64,000 nucleotides of DNA from an uncultured Nitrospiraceae bacterium. Its GTDB lineage: Bacteria; Nitrospirota; Nitrospiria; Nitrospirales; Nitrospiraceae. The DNA lies in NCBI GenBank assembly GCA_963730935.1, contig CAVSTP010000002.1, positions 672,001 through 736,000 on the forward strand, read 5' to 3'. The notes below the pieces were generated by a model. It saw only the letters and a program-made list of their open reading frames with translations, made no database searches and had not been told where the DNA came from. The translations under genes were made by a program, and so were the position numbers. The number at the start of each line of letters is the position of its first letter. Within the stretch, counting starts at the first letter, position 1. This document shows positions 50,520-59,863 of the stretch, in pieces.

Positions 50520-50800
50520 ACAGGCTTATTCACACCTGTGGATAACAAACCATTAACTACTGGAATCCTAAGACACCATCAGGGGTTTTTCGTCTTTACA
50601 TGAGTCAGTGAACCGTCTCTCAAAAGGTTCTGCACAGTGCACTCTCCTCACACTCCGAGTCAATCCCCAAGTTCATCCACAACACGTCCAAGACAACAAC
50701 GCTTTTGTATCAGCCTCTTACCCACAATCCCCACCATCCACCCCTCCTACTCCGATTCCTACTACGACGACTGTTCTTCTCTATGCCACACATTTTCGGA
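50520..50800. other. oriC: probable oriC
   Basis: DnaA boxes TTATTCACA 50526-50534, TGTGGATAA 50537-50545, TTCTGCACA 50628-50636, TCATCCACA 50673-50681 and TTACCCACA 50718-50726, followed by TAC/GAC trinucleotide runs (about 50746-50772); directly upstream of dnaA. Confidence 0.8.
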
Positions 50801-50814
50801 GAAGAGCCTATCAG

Positions 50815-51048
50815 CTAGATCATCACTGTGTGGTCACATTCGAAAATCTTTTTCACAAGGCCGTCATACGTAAGGCCATGTTCACCATCGCCATTCGTGA
50901 GTGAGAAGATCGCTCCTCCCGTATATGGAAACATCCGACCGCCGCTTTCCTCCAACAGAATGACATCTCCCTGAGATTTCGCTGGGAGAAACAGAGCGGG
51001 ATCGATTTGATCGATTGGCTTTCTGAGGAGATAGAGTGTCTTCTTCAT
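50815..51048 (-). CDS. small DsrH/TusB-like protein
   Basis: 77 aa, TLYLL...LTYDGLVKKIFECDHTVMI; third gene of a DsrE-type triad. Confidence 0.55.
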   Translation of the reverse strand: MKKTLYLLRKPIDQIDPALFLPAKSQGDVILLEESGGRMFPYTGGAIFSLTNGDGEHGLTYDGLVKKIFECDHTVMI

Positions 51049-51389
51049 GAAAAAACCAGTGTACGGTCACACGATTCAAGCAGACTACGGATCTCCTCGG
51101 CCGACTTCTGCGTCACAGAGAACTCCTCGAGAAGCGCACTCGTGGCTGCACCGGATTCGAGAACGAACGGAATGCCGAGTTGAGCCAAAGAAGGACGGTA
51201 TTTTTCGAGGATATCCACATCAACGACGTCTTCGGTGTCATCGGTCAGTAGAAGAGGAGCTCGTCCCAGCAGGACGATCGTCGTTTCATGGTCGCCGGCG
51301 CAGAGACCAAGCGCAATTCGTAAGGCTTCGACTGGACGATGCGTTTTTGTCGGATCTTCTGCTATGACCACTGCTACACGCTTCGACAT
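51045..51389 (-). CDS. DsrE/DsrF-like protein
   Basis: VAVVIAEDP..RPVEALRIALGL. Confidence 0.7.
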   Translation of the reverse strand: MSKRVAVVIAEDPTKTHRPVEALRIALGLCAGDHETTIVLLGRAPLLLTDDTEDVVDVDILEKYRPSLAQLGIPFVLESGAATSALLEEFSVTQKSAEEIRSLLESCDRTLVFS

Positions 51390-51404
51390 CTCATCACGCA
51401 CAGC

Positions 51405-51725
51405 TTATGTGAATGCTAAAAAACGATCACAGCCATCAATAATGCCGGAAAGCACCACTAAGCCTGAGAGTGAAACACGCGAATCCACCTGTTGGGTGGA
51501 GACACCATGCTGTTGGCATCCATAGGCACAGACGGACATCTTTACGCCCTCATCGAGCAAACGGCCAAAACGGGTATCTTTGAAGCCTTTCACCCCTTCA
51601 TCAATCAGATACAAATACACCTCGACGCCCTGACGAACGGCAGCTTCGGCAAGCCGGACCACCGTCTCAATTGTCGTGTCTGTAGGGGCTGTGGATAAGA
51701 GAAGACCGAGTTTCCGTGAAGGCAT
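51405..51725 (-). CDS. DsrE/TusD family protein
   Basis: LLLSTAP, YLYLIDEGV, conserved Cys in VCAYGCQQHG, SGLVVL..CDRFLAF. Confidence 0.8.
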   Translation of the reverse strand: MPSRKLGLLLSTAPTDTTIETVVRLAEAAVRQGVEVYLYLIDEGVKGFKDTRFGRLLDEGVKMSVCAYGCQQHGVSTQQVDSRVSLSGLVVLSGIIDGCDRFLAFT

Positions 51726-51795
51726 TGGAAATCCCTGTACAGTAAACAGGATATTTCTTGAAGAATCAAGTGGTTATACGGAGCGTGTGTTGGCG

Positions 51796-51824
51796 AGACT
51801 ACGAGGTTTTTCAGGCGAAGTCAA
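51796..51824 (-). promoter_or_regulatory. sigma70 promoter of the dsrE-like triad
   Basis: TTGACT-17-TAGTCT. Confidence 0.55.
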
Positions 51825-51840
51825 TCGGAAAAACCAGGGC

Positions 51841-53097
51841 CTAAAATCCCTTTATCAGCGAGAGAAAATAACGAGGAAGGTCCTGCAGCGACACGGTCTC
51901 TTGGGCCTTTGAACTCATGTTACGGACCACGGCAGATCCGGACTTGGCCTCATCGTCGCCGAGGAGCACCGCAAAGAGACATCCACTCCGGTCAGCTTGT
52001 CGGAGGTGCCCTTTAAGAGTGGCCGCGCGATAATCGCTGTGCACCGAGAGACCAGCTTGACGTAGCGCATCCAAGAGGTGGACTCCCGCCGTGCTACCCT
52101 CAGAGCCGAAGGCCGCGACGTACACTGATGGGAGAGACGGCGGAAGACTCTTGTCCGGAAGCATCATGACAATCCGTTCGAGGCCTGCGGCGAACCCGAC
52201 GGCGGGCGTCACGGGTCCCCCCAATAATGCCGCCAAACCGTCGTAACGGCCGCCAGCGCCCACGGCATTCTGCGCGCCGAGGTGAGACGACGTGATCTCG
52301 AACGCGGTCAGGCAGTAATAATCGAGTCCACGGACCAGCCGGGGATTCAGACGCCACGGGATGCCGAGAACGGCGAGGGTTGAAAGCACTTCATCGAAAT
52401 GGCTCTTGGCCTGCGGCGACAAGTGGGAGACGAGTTGAGGGGCGTCCTCCGTCGCCGCGCGACAACCCGGCACTTTGCAATCGAGCACGCGCAGGGGATT
52501 TGTCTCCATGCGCCGCCGGCAATTGTCACAGAGGTCTCCAATGCGGCTCTTGAGGAAGGACACGAGCACGGGGAGATATGCCGCCCGGTCGGCAGCGCTT
52601 CCCAGGCTGTTCATTTCAAGGATGAGGTCTGGTAAGGCCAGATCGGAAAGAAAGCGCCACAACAGTGCGATGACGTCGACATCGGCCTTGGGGTCCGGCG
52701 TCCCGAAGTATTCGACGCCGAACTGATGAAACTGCCGGAGGCGGCCAGCCTGCGGCCGTTCGTGACGAAACATGGGTCCGATGTAAAAGTACTTCTGCGG
52801 CAAGGGATCAGCGGCGCGATTGTGTTCGATGAACGCTCGAACCGTTCCTGCGGTCCCCTCTGGCCTCAGCGTCAGGGAAGTGCCGTCTCGGTCCGGAAAG
52901 GTGTACATTTCTTTTTCGACGATGTCCGTGGCCGCTCCAATGCTGCGGGCGAACAGAGTGGTGACTTCGAAGATCGGAATGCGGATCTCCCGAAACCCAT
53001 AGCGATCCGCCCACCGTCGTGCGGTCTCTTCAATAAATCGCCAGCGCGGCGTCTCTTCAGGAAGGATGTCCTTGACGCCCTTGATGCCTTTAATCAT
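51841..53097 (-). CDS. hisS: histidine--tRNA ligase
   Basis: LRPEGTAG, FRHERPQAGRLRQFHQ, LVRGLDYY, GGRYDGL. Confidence 0.98.
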   Translation of the reverse strand: MIKGIKGVKDILPEETPRWRFIEETARRWADRYGFREIRIPIFEVTTLFARSIGAATDIVEKEMYTFPDRDGTSLTLRPEGTAGTVRAFIEHNRAADPLPQKYFYIGPMFRHERPQAGRLRQFHQFGVEYFGTPDPKADVDVIALLWRFLSDLALPDLILEMNSLGSAADRAAYLPVLVSFLKSRIGDLCDNCRRRMETNPLRVLDCKVPGCRAATEDAPQLVSHLSPQAKSHFDEVLSTLAVLGIPWRLNPRLVRGLDYYCLTAFEITSSHLGAQNAVGAGGRYDGLAALLGGPVTPAVGFAAGLERIVMMLPDKSLPPSLPSVYVAAFGSEGSTAGVHLLDALRQAGLSVHSDYRAATLKGHLRQADRSGCLFAVLLGDDEAKSGSAVVRNMSSKAQETVSLQDLPRYFLSLIKGF

Positions 53098-53141
53098 GCG
53101 GGTCGCCTGGTATGCTCAGCCGTTCGTGAGATGTGCGCGCG

Positions 53142-53217
53142 AATATAACGACCGGTTTGCGGGCAAGTCAACGCGCGCCATCTCTTCTTGCAGGGAGCGC
53201 TGCGCGGGCGCTATAGT
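53142..53217. promoter_or_regulatory. divergent sigma70 promoters for hisS and thyX
   Basis: Minus strand: TTGACT(53166-53171)-18-TATATT. Plus strand: TTGCAG(53188-53193)-18-TATAGT. Confidence 0.5.
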
Positions 53218-53234
53218 TCGCCACTCCGCACTGT

Positions 53235-54743
53235 GTGCATGACGGGAGCCAATTTGTGAGCAGTGATCGCCCAGTCCGCCGTGTCATCGCCGTGGCGCCC
53301 ATGCCACCGGAAAAATCCGCCTATGCCCTGGCACGGTACAGTCGCTCGCCAGATTCGATCGAGCACAGCATCAAGTGGGTCCACGGGCATTCGTCCGAAA
53401 AATTCTGGGAGCAATTCTATTTTGACTACGGCCACGCGTCGATTGCCGATTTAGGCCACGTCATCATTTGCTTCGAAGACATCACCGAACTGGCCGCCAT
53501 CCGGCTGGAGGATGAACCCGTGTGGGACGGCCAGGCAAAGTCGAGTCGCTACCAAAATTTTGCCTCGGGCGGATGGTATGTGCCGGACGCCATTCATGGA
53601 AGCGAAACCGAGGGCACCTACCACGGTATTTTGCGGAGTCTCGGAGAAATCTACCGGCTCCTGCACGAGCCGCTCGTCACGTTCCTCACAGAGCGGGAAC
53701 CGCGCCCGGATGCGATGAAGCCTGGCGACTATCAGCGAACCATCGACGCCCGTGCCTTCGATGTGACGCGGTATCTGCTGCCTCTGGCCTGTAAAACCAA
53801 CGTTGGACAGGTGGTCAGTATTCGCACGCTGGAGAAGCAGATCACGAGACTGCTGTCTTCGCAACTTCCCGAACTTCGCATGATCGGCGAGGATCTGAAG
53901 GATGCCTGTCAACGGCCACCGATGAACGTGTGGGGAGAGCTGTCAGGCCAAACCGGCGGACTCAACGAGCCTATGGCGCCGACCCTTGCGCGTCATGCGA
54001 AGGCAAACGACTATCAGGCCACCGTCTATACAGATCTGGCGCGGTACGCGAAGGAAGCGCTCCGCGGGGCGGGAGTGGATTCCCCGGCAACGTGGGGAGT
54101 GCAAGAACCTGTCGATTTGATCGAGCCACACGATCCGCTGGATGAAACGGTCGCGACGCTGCTGTACCGCGTGTCGCAGGCACCGTATCGAAAGTTGCTT
54201 GCGGTCGTACGTGACTGGTCGGAGAAACAAAAGCAGGATACCATCGCCGTGGCCTTGAGCAACCGCGGACCGTATGACGAATTGCCCAGGGAGTTTCGCG
54301 CCGGATACGCGTTGACGTTCGACGTGCTCATGGACATCGGAGGCTGGCGGGACATGCACCGCCATCGCCGCTGCCAACAGATCCAACAGAACTTTACGAC
54401 CGCTCACGGGTATGAGGTGCCCCCGCCGTTGGTTCAGGCCGGGCTCGACGCGGAATATCGCCAGGCCATGGACGCGGTGCGCACCGACATTGACCAGTTA
54501 AAGAAAGTCAGCGGGGAGGCGGCGCTGTATGCCATCCCGTTCGGCTTCAAAGTGCGCTGTCTGTTCAAGATGGATTTTGCCGAAGCGGAGTATATCGCGA
54601 AGCTCCGCTCCGGGGTGAAGGGCCACTGGTCCTACCGGACCATCGCCTGGCTGATGAAGCAAAAATTGACCGAGCGGTATCCCGCCCTCGGCATGCATAT
54701 GCAAGCCACCTCGCCGGACATCGAAGACACGCTGACCAGATAG
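53235..54743 (+). CDS. thyX: FAD-dependent thymidylate synthase, long two-domain form
   Basis: YGHASIA, KSSRYQ, FDVTRYLLP, RDMHRHRR, LRS..GHWSYR. Confidence 0.85.
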   Translation: MHDGSQFVSSDRPVRRVIAVAPMPPEKSAYALARYSRSPDSIEHSIKWVHGHSSEKFWEQFYFDYGHASIADLGHVIICFEDITELAAIRLEDEPVWDGQAKSSRYQNFASGGWYVPDAIHGSETEGTYHGILRSLGEIYRLLHEPLVTFLTEREPRPDAMKPGDYQRTIDARAFDVTRYLLPLACKTNVGQVVSIRTLEKQITRLLSSQLPELRMIGEDLKDACQRPPMNVWGELSGQTGGLNEPMAPTLARHAKANDYQATVYTDLARYAKEALRGAGVDSPATWGVQEPVDLIEPHDPLDETVATLLYRVSQAPYRKLLAVVRDWSEKQKQDTIAVALSNRGPYDELPREFRAGYALTFDVLMDIGGWRDMHRHRRCQQIQQNFTTAHGYEVPPPLVQAGLDAEYRQAMDAVRTDIDQLKKVSGEAALYAIPFGFKVRCLFKMDFAEAEYIAKLRSGVKGHWSYRTIAWLMKQKLTERYPALGMHMQATSPDIEDTLTR

Positions 54744-54753
54744 CTCCTCTCCC

Positions 54754-55794
54754 ATGAGCCAGCACCAAACCACCTGTGAAGCAGCGCTACTGAGTGGAGC
54801 GTGGGAACGGGCGGCCGAGGCGGCGCTCGCCTGGGCGCGACACCCGGAGCCGACCGGCTCGCGCGATCCGCGTTCGCATTTCATCTTGAACGTCGTGCAG
54901 TTGATCAAGGGACAGTTTGCCGAGGCATGGGCCAGCCATGCGCTGTCGCTCCATGAGGTCGACGATATTGCCCGGGTCAAAGTGTGGGTCGAAGGACTGG
55001 TCGCCGGCCACCCTGATCAGGCCGCGGTGCATTTGGTCATGGGACTCTTCTTGTCGCAGTCGGGCCAATCTGAACTTTCGATGCAGTCCTATAAAACGGC
55101 CGCCAAGCTGGCGCCGCATTCCGCCCATCCCCACTATTTCTTGGCGCAAATTCACGAGCGGGCTGATCATGTGGAGATGGCGATCAAGGAATATCGAGAG
55201 GCGGTCAGGCTGGATCCCGGCTATGCTCCGGCCAGAACGAACCTCGGCGTCGCCTATCAGGAACAGGGGCGGTTAGAAATGGCGATCCCCCAGTACCGCG
55301 AGGTCATCAAGCTGAACCCGAACGATGGCGTCGCTCACGCGAACCTGGCCTGCGCGCTGGCCGAGCAGGGCAAACTACAAGCGGCCTTGCTGGAATATCA
55401 GGAGGCGTTGCGGCTCAATCCACGGGACGCCGAAGTGCATTTTGCGCTCGGTGGCTTATATGAAGACAAGAACCGTCCCGATCTCGCGATGAAGGAATAC
55501 CGTGAGGCCGTGGCGGCCAATCGGGATCTCGCGCCGGCCCATTCGGCGCTCGGCTGGATGCTCTTTGACCGCGGCCATCGTGAGGAGGCCATGGAATGTT
55601 TCAACCATGCCCTCCGCGCTGATCCCGAAAATGCGCGGGCCTATTTGGGCGTGGCCAAATGCTATGCGAGCCGGGGAAAAGTACAATTGGCGATTGAGAA
55701 CTACACGAAAGCGATCAAGTACGAGCAGGACCCGCAGAAAAGGAACGACATCATGAACAAGCTCTACAAAGAAGGCGGGACGTGGGATACGTAA
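54754..55794 (+). CDS. tetratricopeptide repeat protein
   Basis: About seven consecutive 34-aa TPR repeats. Confidence 0.9.
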   Translation: MSQHQTTCEAALLSGAWERAAEAALAWARHPEPTGSRDPRSHFILNVVQLIKGQFAEAWASHALSLHEVDDIARVKVWVEGLVAGHPDQAAVHLVMGLFLSQSGQSELSMQSYKTAAKLAPHSAHPHYFLAQIHERADHVEMAIKEYREAVRLDPGYAPARTNLGVAYQEQGRLEMAIPQYREVIKLNPNDGVAHANLACALAEQGKLQAALLEYQEALRLNPRDAEVHFALGGLYEDKNRPDLAMKEYREAVAANRDLAPAHSALGWMLFDRGHREEAMECFNHALRADPENARAYLGVAKCYASRGKVQLAIENYTKAIKYEQDPQKRNDIMNKLYKEGGTWDT

Positions 55795-55796
55795 AA

Positions 55797-55900
55797 GGGA
55801 TGGTTGGACTCGTTGCTCCGGTACAACGATGACTCAGGCAGGCCACGGCGAACGAAGAGTTCGGAGGGGCGACTGAGAACGAAGCCGGAGTAGACAGCCA
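55797..55900. repeat. degenerate copy of the palindromic intergenic element
   Basis: CAGGCAGGCCACGGCGAACGAAGAG...GAGAACGAAGC with inverted CTCCGG/CCGGAG, between convergent genes. Confidence 0.45.
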
Positions 55901-55901
55901 A

Positions 55902-56171
55902 TTATAGCTCGCGGATGGCGCCCTGGAGGACCGTAATTTGCGTCACCGGGTCTCCCGAACTCTTCAACTCTTTGCGGATCTGATCCTTCAGGTAGGACGA
56001 GTAGCCGACACGATCGATCAGAAGATCAAGGAACCGCTCGGCTGGAAGCAGACTCTGCGCTTTGAGATCTTCAATGGTTTCGTCGCTGACGGGCACATAG
56101 GTGCCACCGAGATGGAACACCACATTGTAGTAGCGTCCCTGACCGATGCGTTCGAACCGAAGCCCCTTCAC
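55902..56171 (-). CDS. hypothetical protein (about 89 aa)
   Basis: GAGG RBS plus GTG; MKGLRFERIGQGRYYN...LQGAIREL. Confidence 0.7.
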   Translation of the reverse strand: MKGLRFERIGQGRYYNVVFHLGGTYVPVSDETIEDLKAQSLLPAERFLDLLIDRVGYSSYLKDQIRKELKSSGDPVTQITVLQGAIREL

Positions 56172-56256
56172 AACAGTACCTCTTGAGCCAACGCCAAGCC
56201 GCCCATTGTAGACAACTTCCTGTCGTGATGACAAGGGCAACGGCGCTGCGCCAGGG

Positions 56257-56595
56257 TCAGGCCTGTTTGCCTTTTTTTGCGAAATATTCTTGGCGGCTCA
56301 CAGCGACGTCCGCAACGAACATCACCCCAGAATGCCGTTCAAACAGCGGCCGCAGCCCCGCCAGGATCGGCTCGACCTTCTCCTCGGGCACCACGGTCAT
56401 GATCATCTCGAGGCTTTCCTGTTCGCTGAACATGAAATGCGCCTCGCGCACGCCATGATGGCCCTTGCCGGACACATTGCCGACGATCGTGTACCCTGTG
56501 GCATTGACGCGGTCCAGCAAATCGGTCACAAAGGCCCGTTGCTCGCCCGCCACGATGACGCGGATCTCTTTCATCGGATGCAATATCAGACCCAT
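56257..56595 (-). CDS. PII-family regulator (SbtB-like)
   Basis: AAGGAG RBS; MKEIRVIV, ATGYTIVGNVSGKGHHG, GVMFVADVAV. Confidence 0.85.
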   Translation of the reverse strand: MGLILHPMKEIRVIVAGEQRAFVTDLLDRVNATGYTIVGNVSGKGHHGVREAHFMFSEQESLEMIMTVVPEEKVEPILAGLRPLFERHSGVMFVADVAVSRQEYFAKKGKQA

Positions 56596-56647
56596 TCCAC
56601 ACTCCTTTCCCACGCCCACTCAGATCGTTCTTGTATCCACAGACGCC

Positions 56648-59600
56648 TTATGGAATGGCGTTCCACACTCCCTTCGGGTGATATCGATACCATACTCCAT
56701 CCTCAGGATCGAAGGCGACGAGATGCACCCACTCATTATGATAGTAGTGCTGGAGCACTTCATGCCGAGAGATCAGTTTATCGATCCGCTCGCGAGGCGC
56801 TTCAATAATGGTGAGGAGCCGCATGGGTTCGTGGTACGGCATCGGGCCGTTCATGACCGTTTGTCTCGCCAGACCGAGCCGAAGATCGCTCCAAGGACCG
56901 GACATGATGCCGAGGCGACCAACGACATTGTGATAAATTTTGCTGCCACTGCCGTACACGTCATTATCGACGGCTGAAAAATAATGCTCCATGTTGATCC
57001 ACTGTCCGACGACTTGGGGAGCCGTCAAGAGCACTTCCAATAGTCGGTTTGTCGGGTCTTCACGGTAGTCATAGGAATGGAGGAAGACGCGGCCTCCCAG
57101 GTCAAGACCTTTCGTCAGTTCGCGTCGCCCGATCAGAAATGCCGTGTTGCCTGACAATCCCCATTCCGGGCGAACCTGGCTCCAGTCGACGCTGCGTCGC
57201 CGGACGTGGGCCTCAGCTTGTGCCTCCTCGAGAGGCTGCAGGACGTCGGGAAAGCGTGCGCAGCGTTCCAGGCTTGTCAATGCCGAGGCCGCCCTGAGAT
57301 CCTCTTGAAGCCGCGCAAGATCGGCGCGATGCGTCGGCGGCACATCTTCAAGGTCGAATAGATGCACCTCGTCGGTGGTGGTGTCCATCTGGCCGGCAAG
57401 GAAGTGCGTGTCACCGGGAATATCGATCCCCGCCTTTGTAAGCCGTTCACGAACCTTTTGATTGTTGGCCATCATCGCCAGAGAGCGGGCGTTCGGCTTG
57501 CCCTCGTTGCCTCCGCAGGCCCCGCAGTCGAGCGCCGATTCGTATGGATTGTTATCCGAAGTGCTGCCATGCGCGCAGAAGAGGACAAGCCGGGCGAAAT
57601 TCTTGGTCAATCCCATCATGCGCAGAGCGGTGTCCACCGTCAACGCCTGCTCTTCGAGAGTGAATCCCGTCCGCGTGATCCGCTCTTTCTGACGGGATGC
57701 GGATCGAGCATTCAGGTCATATTGGCGTCGCAGGATATCTACACAACTGCGCACCGAGTCCGCCGAAAGACCGGCAAGGCTCGCCGCTTCCTGCAATGCC
57801 GTGTCCGGTTCATCCGACTCGCTCAGCGCCTGTTGGCGGAGGCCCTCCAGCAGCTCAGGAGTGATACGGGATGCGCGGAGGCCGAACTTCTCCTCCAGCG
57901 CTTTTCGAACCACAGTCTGCTGTTCCGTAACGAGCATCTCGGCGGTTTCGTCGGGCGCCAGCTTGTCGACGGTGAGCGTCGTGGCGATTGACGGGACGAA
58001 CAGCCGCCTCAGCCACGCGGTCCAGCGCCGGTACAGCGCCGGCACCAACGTCTTGCCAAAGATGGGAAGACTGTAGAACCAACCCAACGATTCCACCATG
58101 ACGTATGGCGTAACGACGTTTTCTTTCAGATCGTGCAGCAGCGTGTGGCCGGCCCGGACCCACTTGGCACGTGCCTTATGTTTCGACACCCGATGGTCCA
58201 GATAACTCCGGGGAATTTCCCGCACCTCGTTCCTTGCCCGCATGATGACCGGAAATTGTTCGGTGTCATGTTCCTTGCCCCAAGCCCGATAGCGAATGAA
58301 GGCGGCGAAGAAGCCCGCGAAGCCGTAGGTCTCATGTCGACCGGTCGATTCGAGATGGCGGCGAAACGGCTCGGATCGTACGTCGATGCAATAGACCGAT
58401 TGCGAATAGGGGCGGAGCGAAGCAGGGGGACTTCCCTCTGCTCCCGATTGCTGGTCGGCCGTGCGGCGCAGCTGGGTCAGGAGGGGGGCTTGATAGCCTG
58501 CCTCAAACGCCTTGAGCCAGACCGGTCCATGGTCGGATTCTGGAAACGCCTCCATCCATTCGATCACCTGCTTGAGGCTGTCTGGCGAGGTTTCTGTGAG
58601 GCCTATCGGATCGATATCGAACGACCGTGCCAATGTCACGAGTCGCCTGGCCATCCCTCGTCTAGCGGCATCCTGTTGGCGGGGAACCACCTCGGTCCGA
58701 TACCGCTGCAGCACCGCGCCCCATCCGTTCCGCTTCTGATGACTCAGCCGGTCGATCTCCTCTGCATAGAGCGCCGGCAGACGGCCTGAGACGCGTTGAC
58801 GCCGCAGGTAATATTCCTCGGAATGATTTTGCATGAAGGCGATGACCGCATCGTAGCGACCTCCAATGCCGAGCATGTCCCGACATGCCTGCTGCACCAG
58901 TTCGCGGGCGTACCAGAGGCGAATAGCGAGGTACTTCACGAGCCCTACAGGATAGGCCTGTTGCCAGGGATAGTCGCGTTCCTCTTCACGCCACTTGATG
59001 AAGCCGGCCCAGCCAGGGAGAGCCGTCAGTTGTAGCGAGAGGTAATCTTGTCTGAGCTTTGTGGGGACACCGAGCGCGTCTAAATGTTCGAGGAGCGCGT
59101 CCTCCGGGTAGTCAGGCAGCTGCGCGATCTTCCGTTTGCTGTCCGCGATCCCACAGGGCGACCATTCGTGAGCGACCATCTCCTTCCAGGCTCTGTAAAA
59201 GCCCTTTTCGCGTTCTGGCATGGCCCAGGTGGCATGACCTTCGTCGAGAAAGGCTTCGCACCATTTGATCATCTGGTCGTTGATCTGTCCAACCATCTGG
59301 GTGCCGAGCGTGTCATCGCACCAGTGGGAAAGTGTGAGCCACCGGCCCAAGTCAGCCACGTCGCCTTGGACAATGGCGTCGATCCGCTTGCTCAAATCCC
59401 GCAGGGGCATCACTAAGGACAGCTTCTTCGCAAGGCTGTCGATCAAGTCACCGGAGTCATCCGGCAGCTCGGAATCGAGCGGCTCCACGACAGGATCGCA
59501 GAGGCCCTCGATCAAACAGGCTCGCAACACTTCCGCATGCGTCAGCTTCCGTGAGCCGATGAGGACCTGACTTTCGCGAGCCAGCGACTTTAGGGCGGCG

Positions 59601-59863
59601 TCGAGGTCCTCATGCCGAATGCGGCCTGCCGCGTAGTATTCACGATACTGGTAACTGGGGAGGTAGCCGCTGCCGCCCATGAATTGTTTCCCGCGGCGCA
59701 CGGTTTCTTCGAACGGCAGGTACTCCAGACTATGAAGGGGATTGTGGTGAACGAAGGTCCGCATCGGCCAATACTGGGCAATGACTTCGCCGGCGAGCTT
59801 CACCATGCCGCGCAGCTCCATCCGTCTGGTTTCAATGTCGATCGTGCGGTTTACCTGTTCCAC
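56648..59863 (-). CDS. dabA: DUF2309/UPF0753 inorganic carbon transporter subunit DabA
   Basis: WPMRTFVHHNPL; Zn-ligand motifs CIDVRSE, HGSTSDNNP and LDCGACGG; WSQVRPEWGL, WINMEHYFS, HEPMRL. Confidence 0.93.
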   Translation of the reverse strand: MEQVNRTIDIETRRMELRGMVKLAGEVIAQYWPMRTFVHHNPLHSLEYLPFEETVRRGKQFMGGSGYLPSYQYREYYAAGRIRHEDLDAALKSLARESQVLIGSRKLTHAEVLRACLIEGLCDPVVEPLDSELPDDSGDLIDSLAKKLSLVMPLRDLSKRIDAIVQGDVADLGRWLTLSHWCDDTLGTQMVGQINDQMIKWCEAFLDEGHATWAMPEREKGFYRAWKEMVAHEWSPCGIADSKRKIAQLPDYPEDALLEHLDALGVPTKLRQDYLSLQLTALPGWAGFIKWREEERDYPWQQAYPVGLVKYLAIRLWYARELVQQACRDMLGIGGRYDAVIAFMQNHSEEYYLRRQRVSGRLPALYAEEIDRLSHQKRNGWGAVLQRYRTEVVPRQQDAARRGMARRLVTLARSFDIDPIGLTETSPDSLKQVIEWMEAFPESDHGPVWLKAFEAGYQAPLLTQLRRTADQQSGAEGSPPASLRPYSQSVYCIDVRSEPFRRHLESTGRHETYGFAGFFAAFIRYRAWGKEHDTEQFPVIMRARNEVREIPRSYLDHRVSKHKARAKWVRAGHTLLHDLKENVVTPYVMVESLGWFYSLPIFGKTLVPALYRRWTAWLRRLFVPSIATTLTVDKLAPDETAEMLVTEQQTVVRKALEEKFGLRASRITPELLEGLRQQALSESDEPDTALQEAASLAGLSADSVRSCVDILRRQYDLNARSASRQKERITRTGFTLEEQALTVDTALRMMGLTKNFARLVLFCAHGSTSDNNPYESALDCGACGGNEGKPNARSLAMMANNQKVRERLTKAGIDIPGDTHFLAGQMDTTTDEVHLFDLEDVPPTHRADLARLQEDLRAASALTSLERCARFPDVLQPLEEAQAEAHVRRRSVDWSQVRPEWGLSGNTAFLIGRRELTKGLDLGGRVFLHSYDYREDPTNRLLEVLLTAPQVVGQWINMEHYFSAVDNDVYGSGSKIYHNVVGRLGIMSGPWSDLRLGLARQTVMNGPMPYHEPMRLLTIIEAPRERIDKLISRHEVLQHYYHNEWVHLVAFDPEDGVWYRYHPKGVWNAIP

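Noticed and set aside
50815..51725. Dissimilatory sulfur oxidation (dsr) cluster
   Set aside because: There is no dsrAB or dsrC; a generic sulfur relay is more likely.
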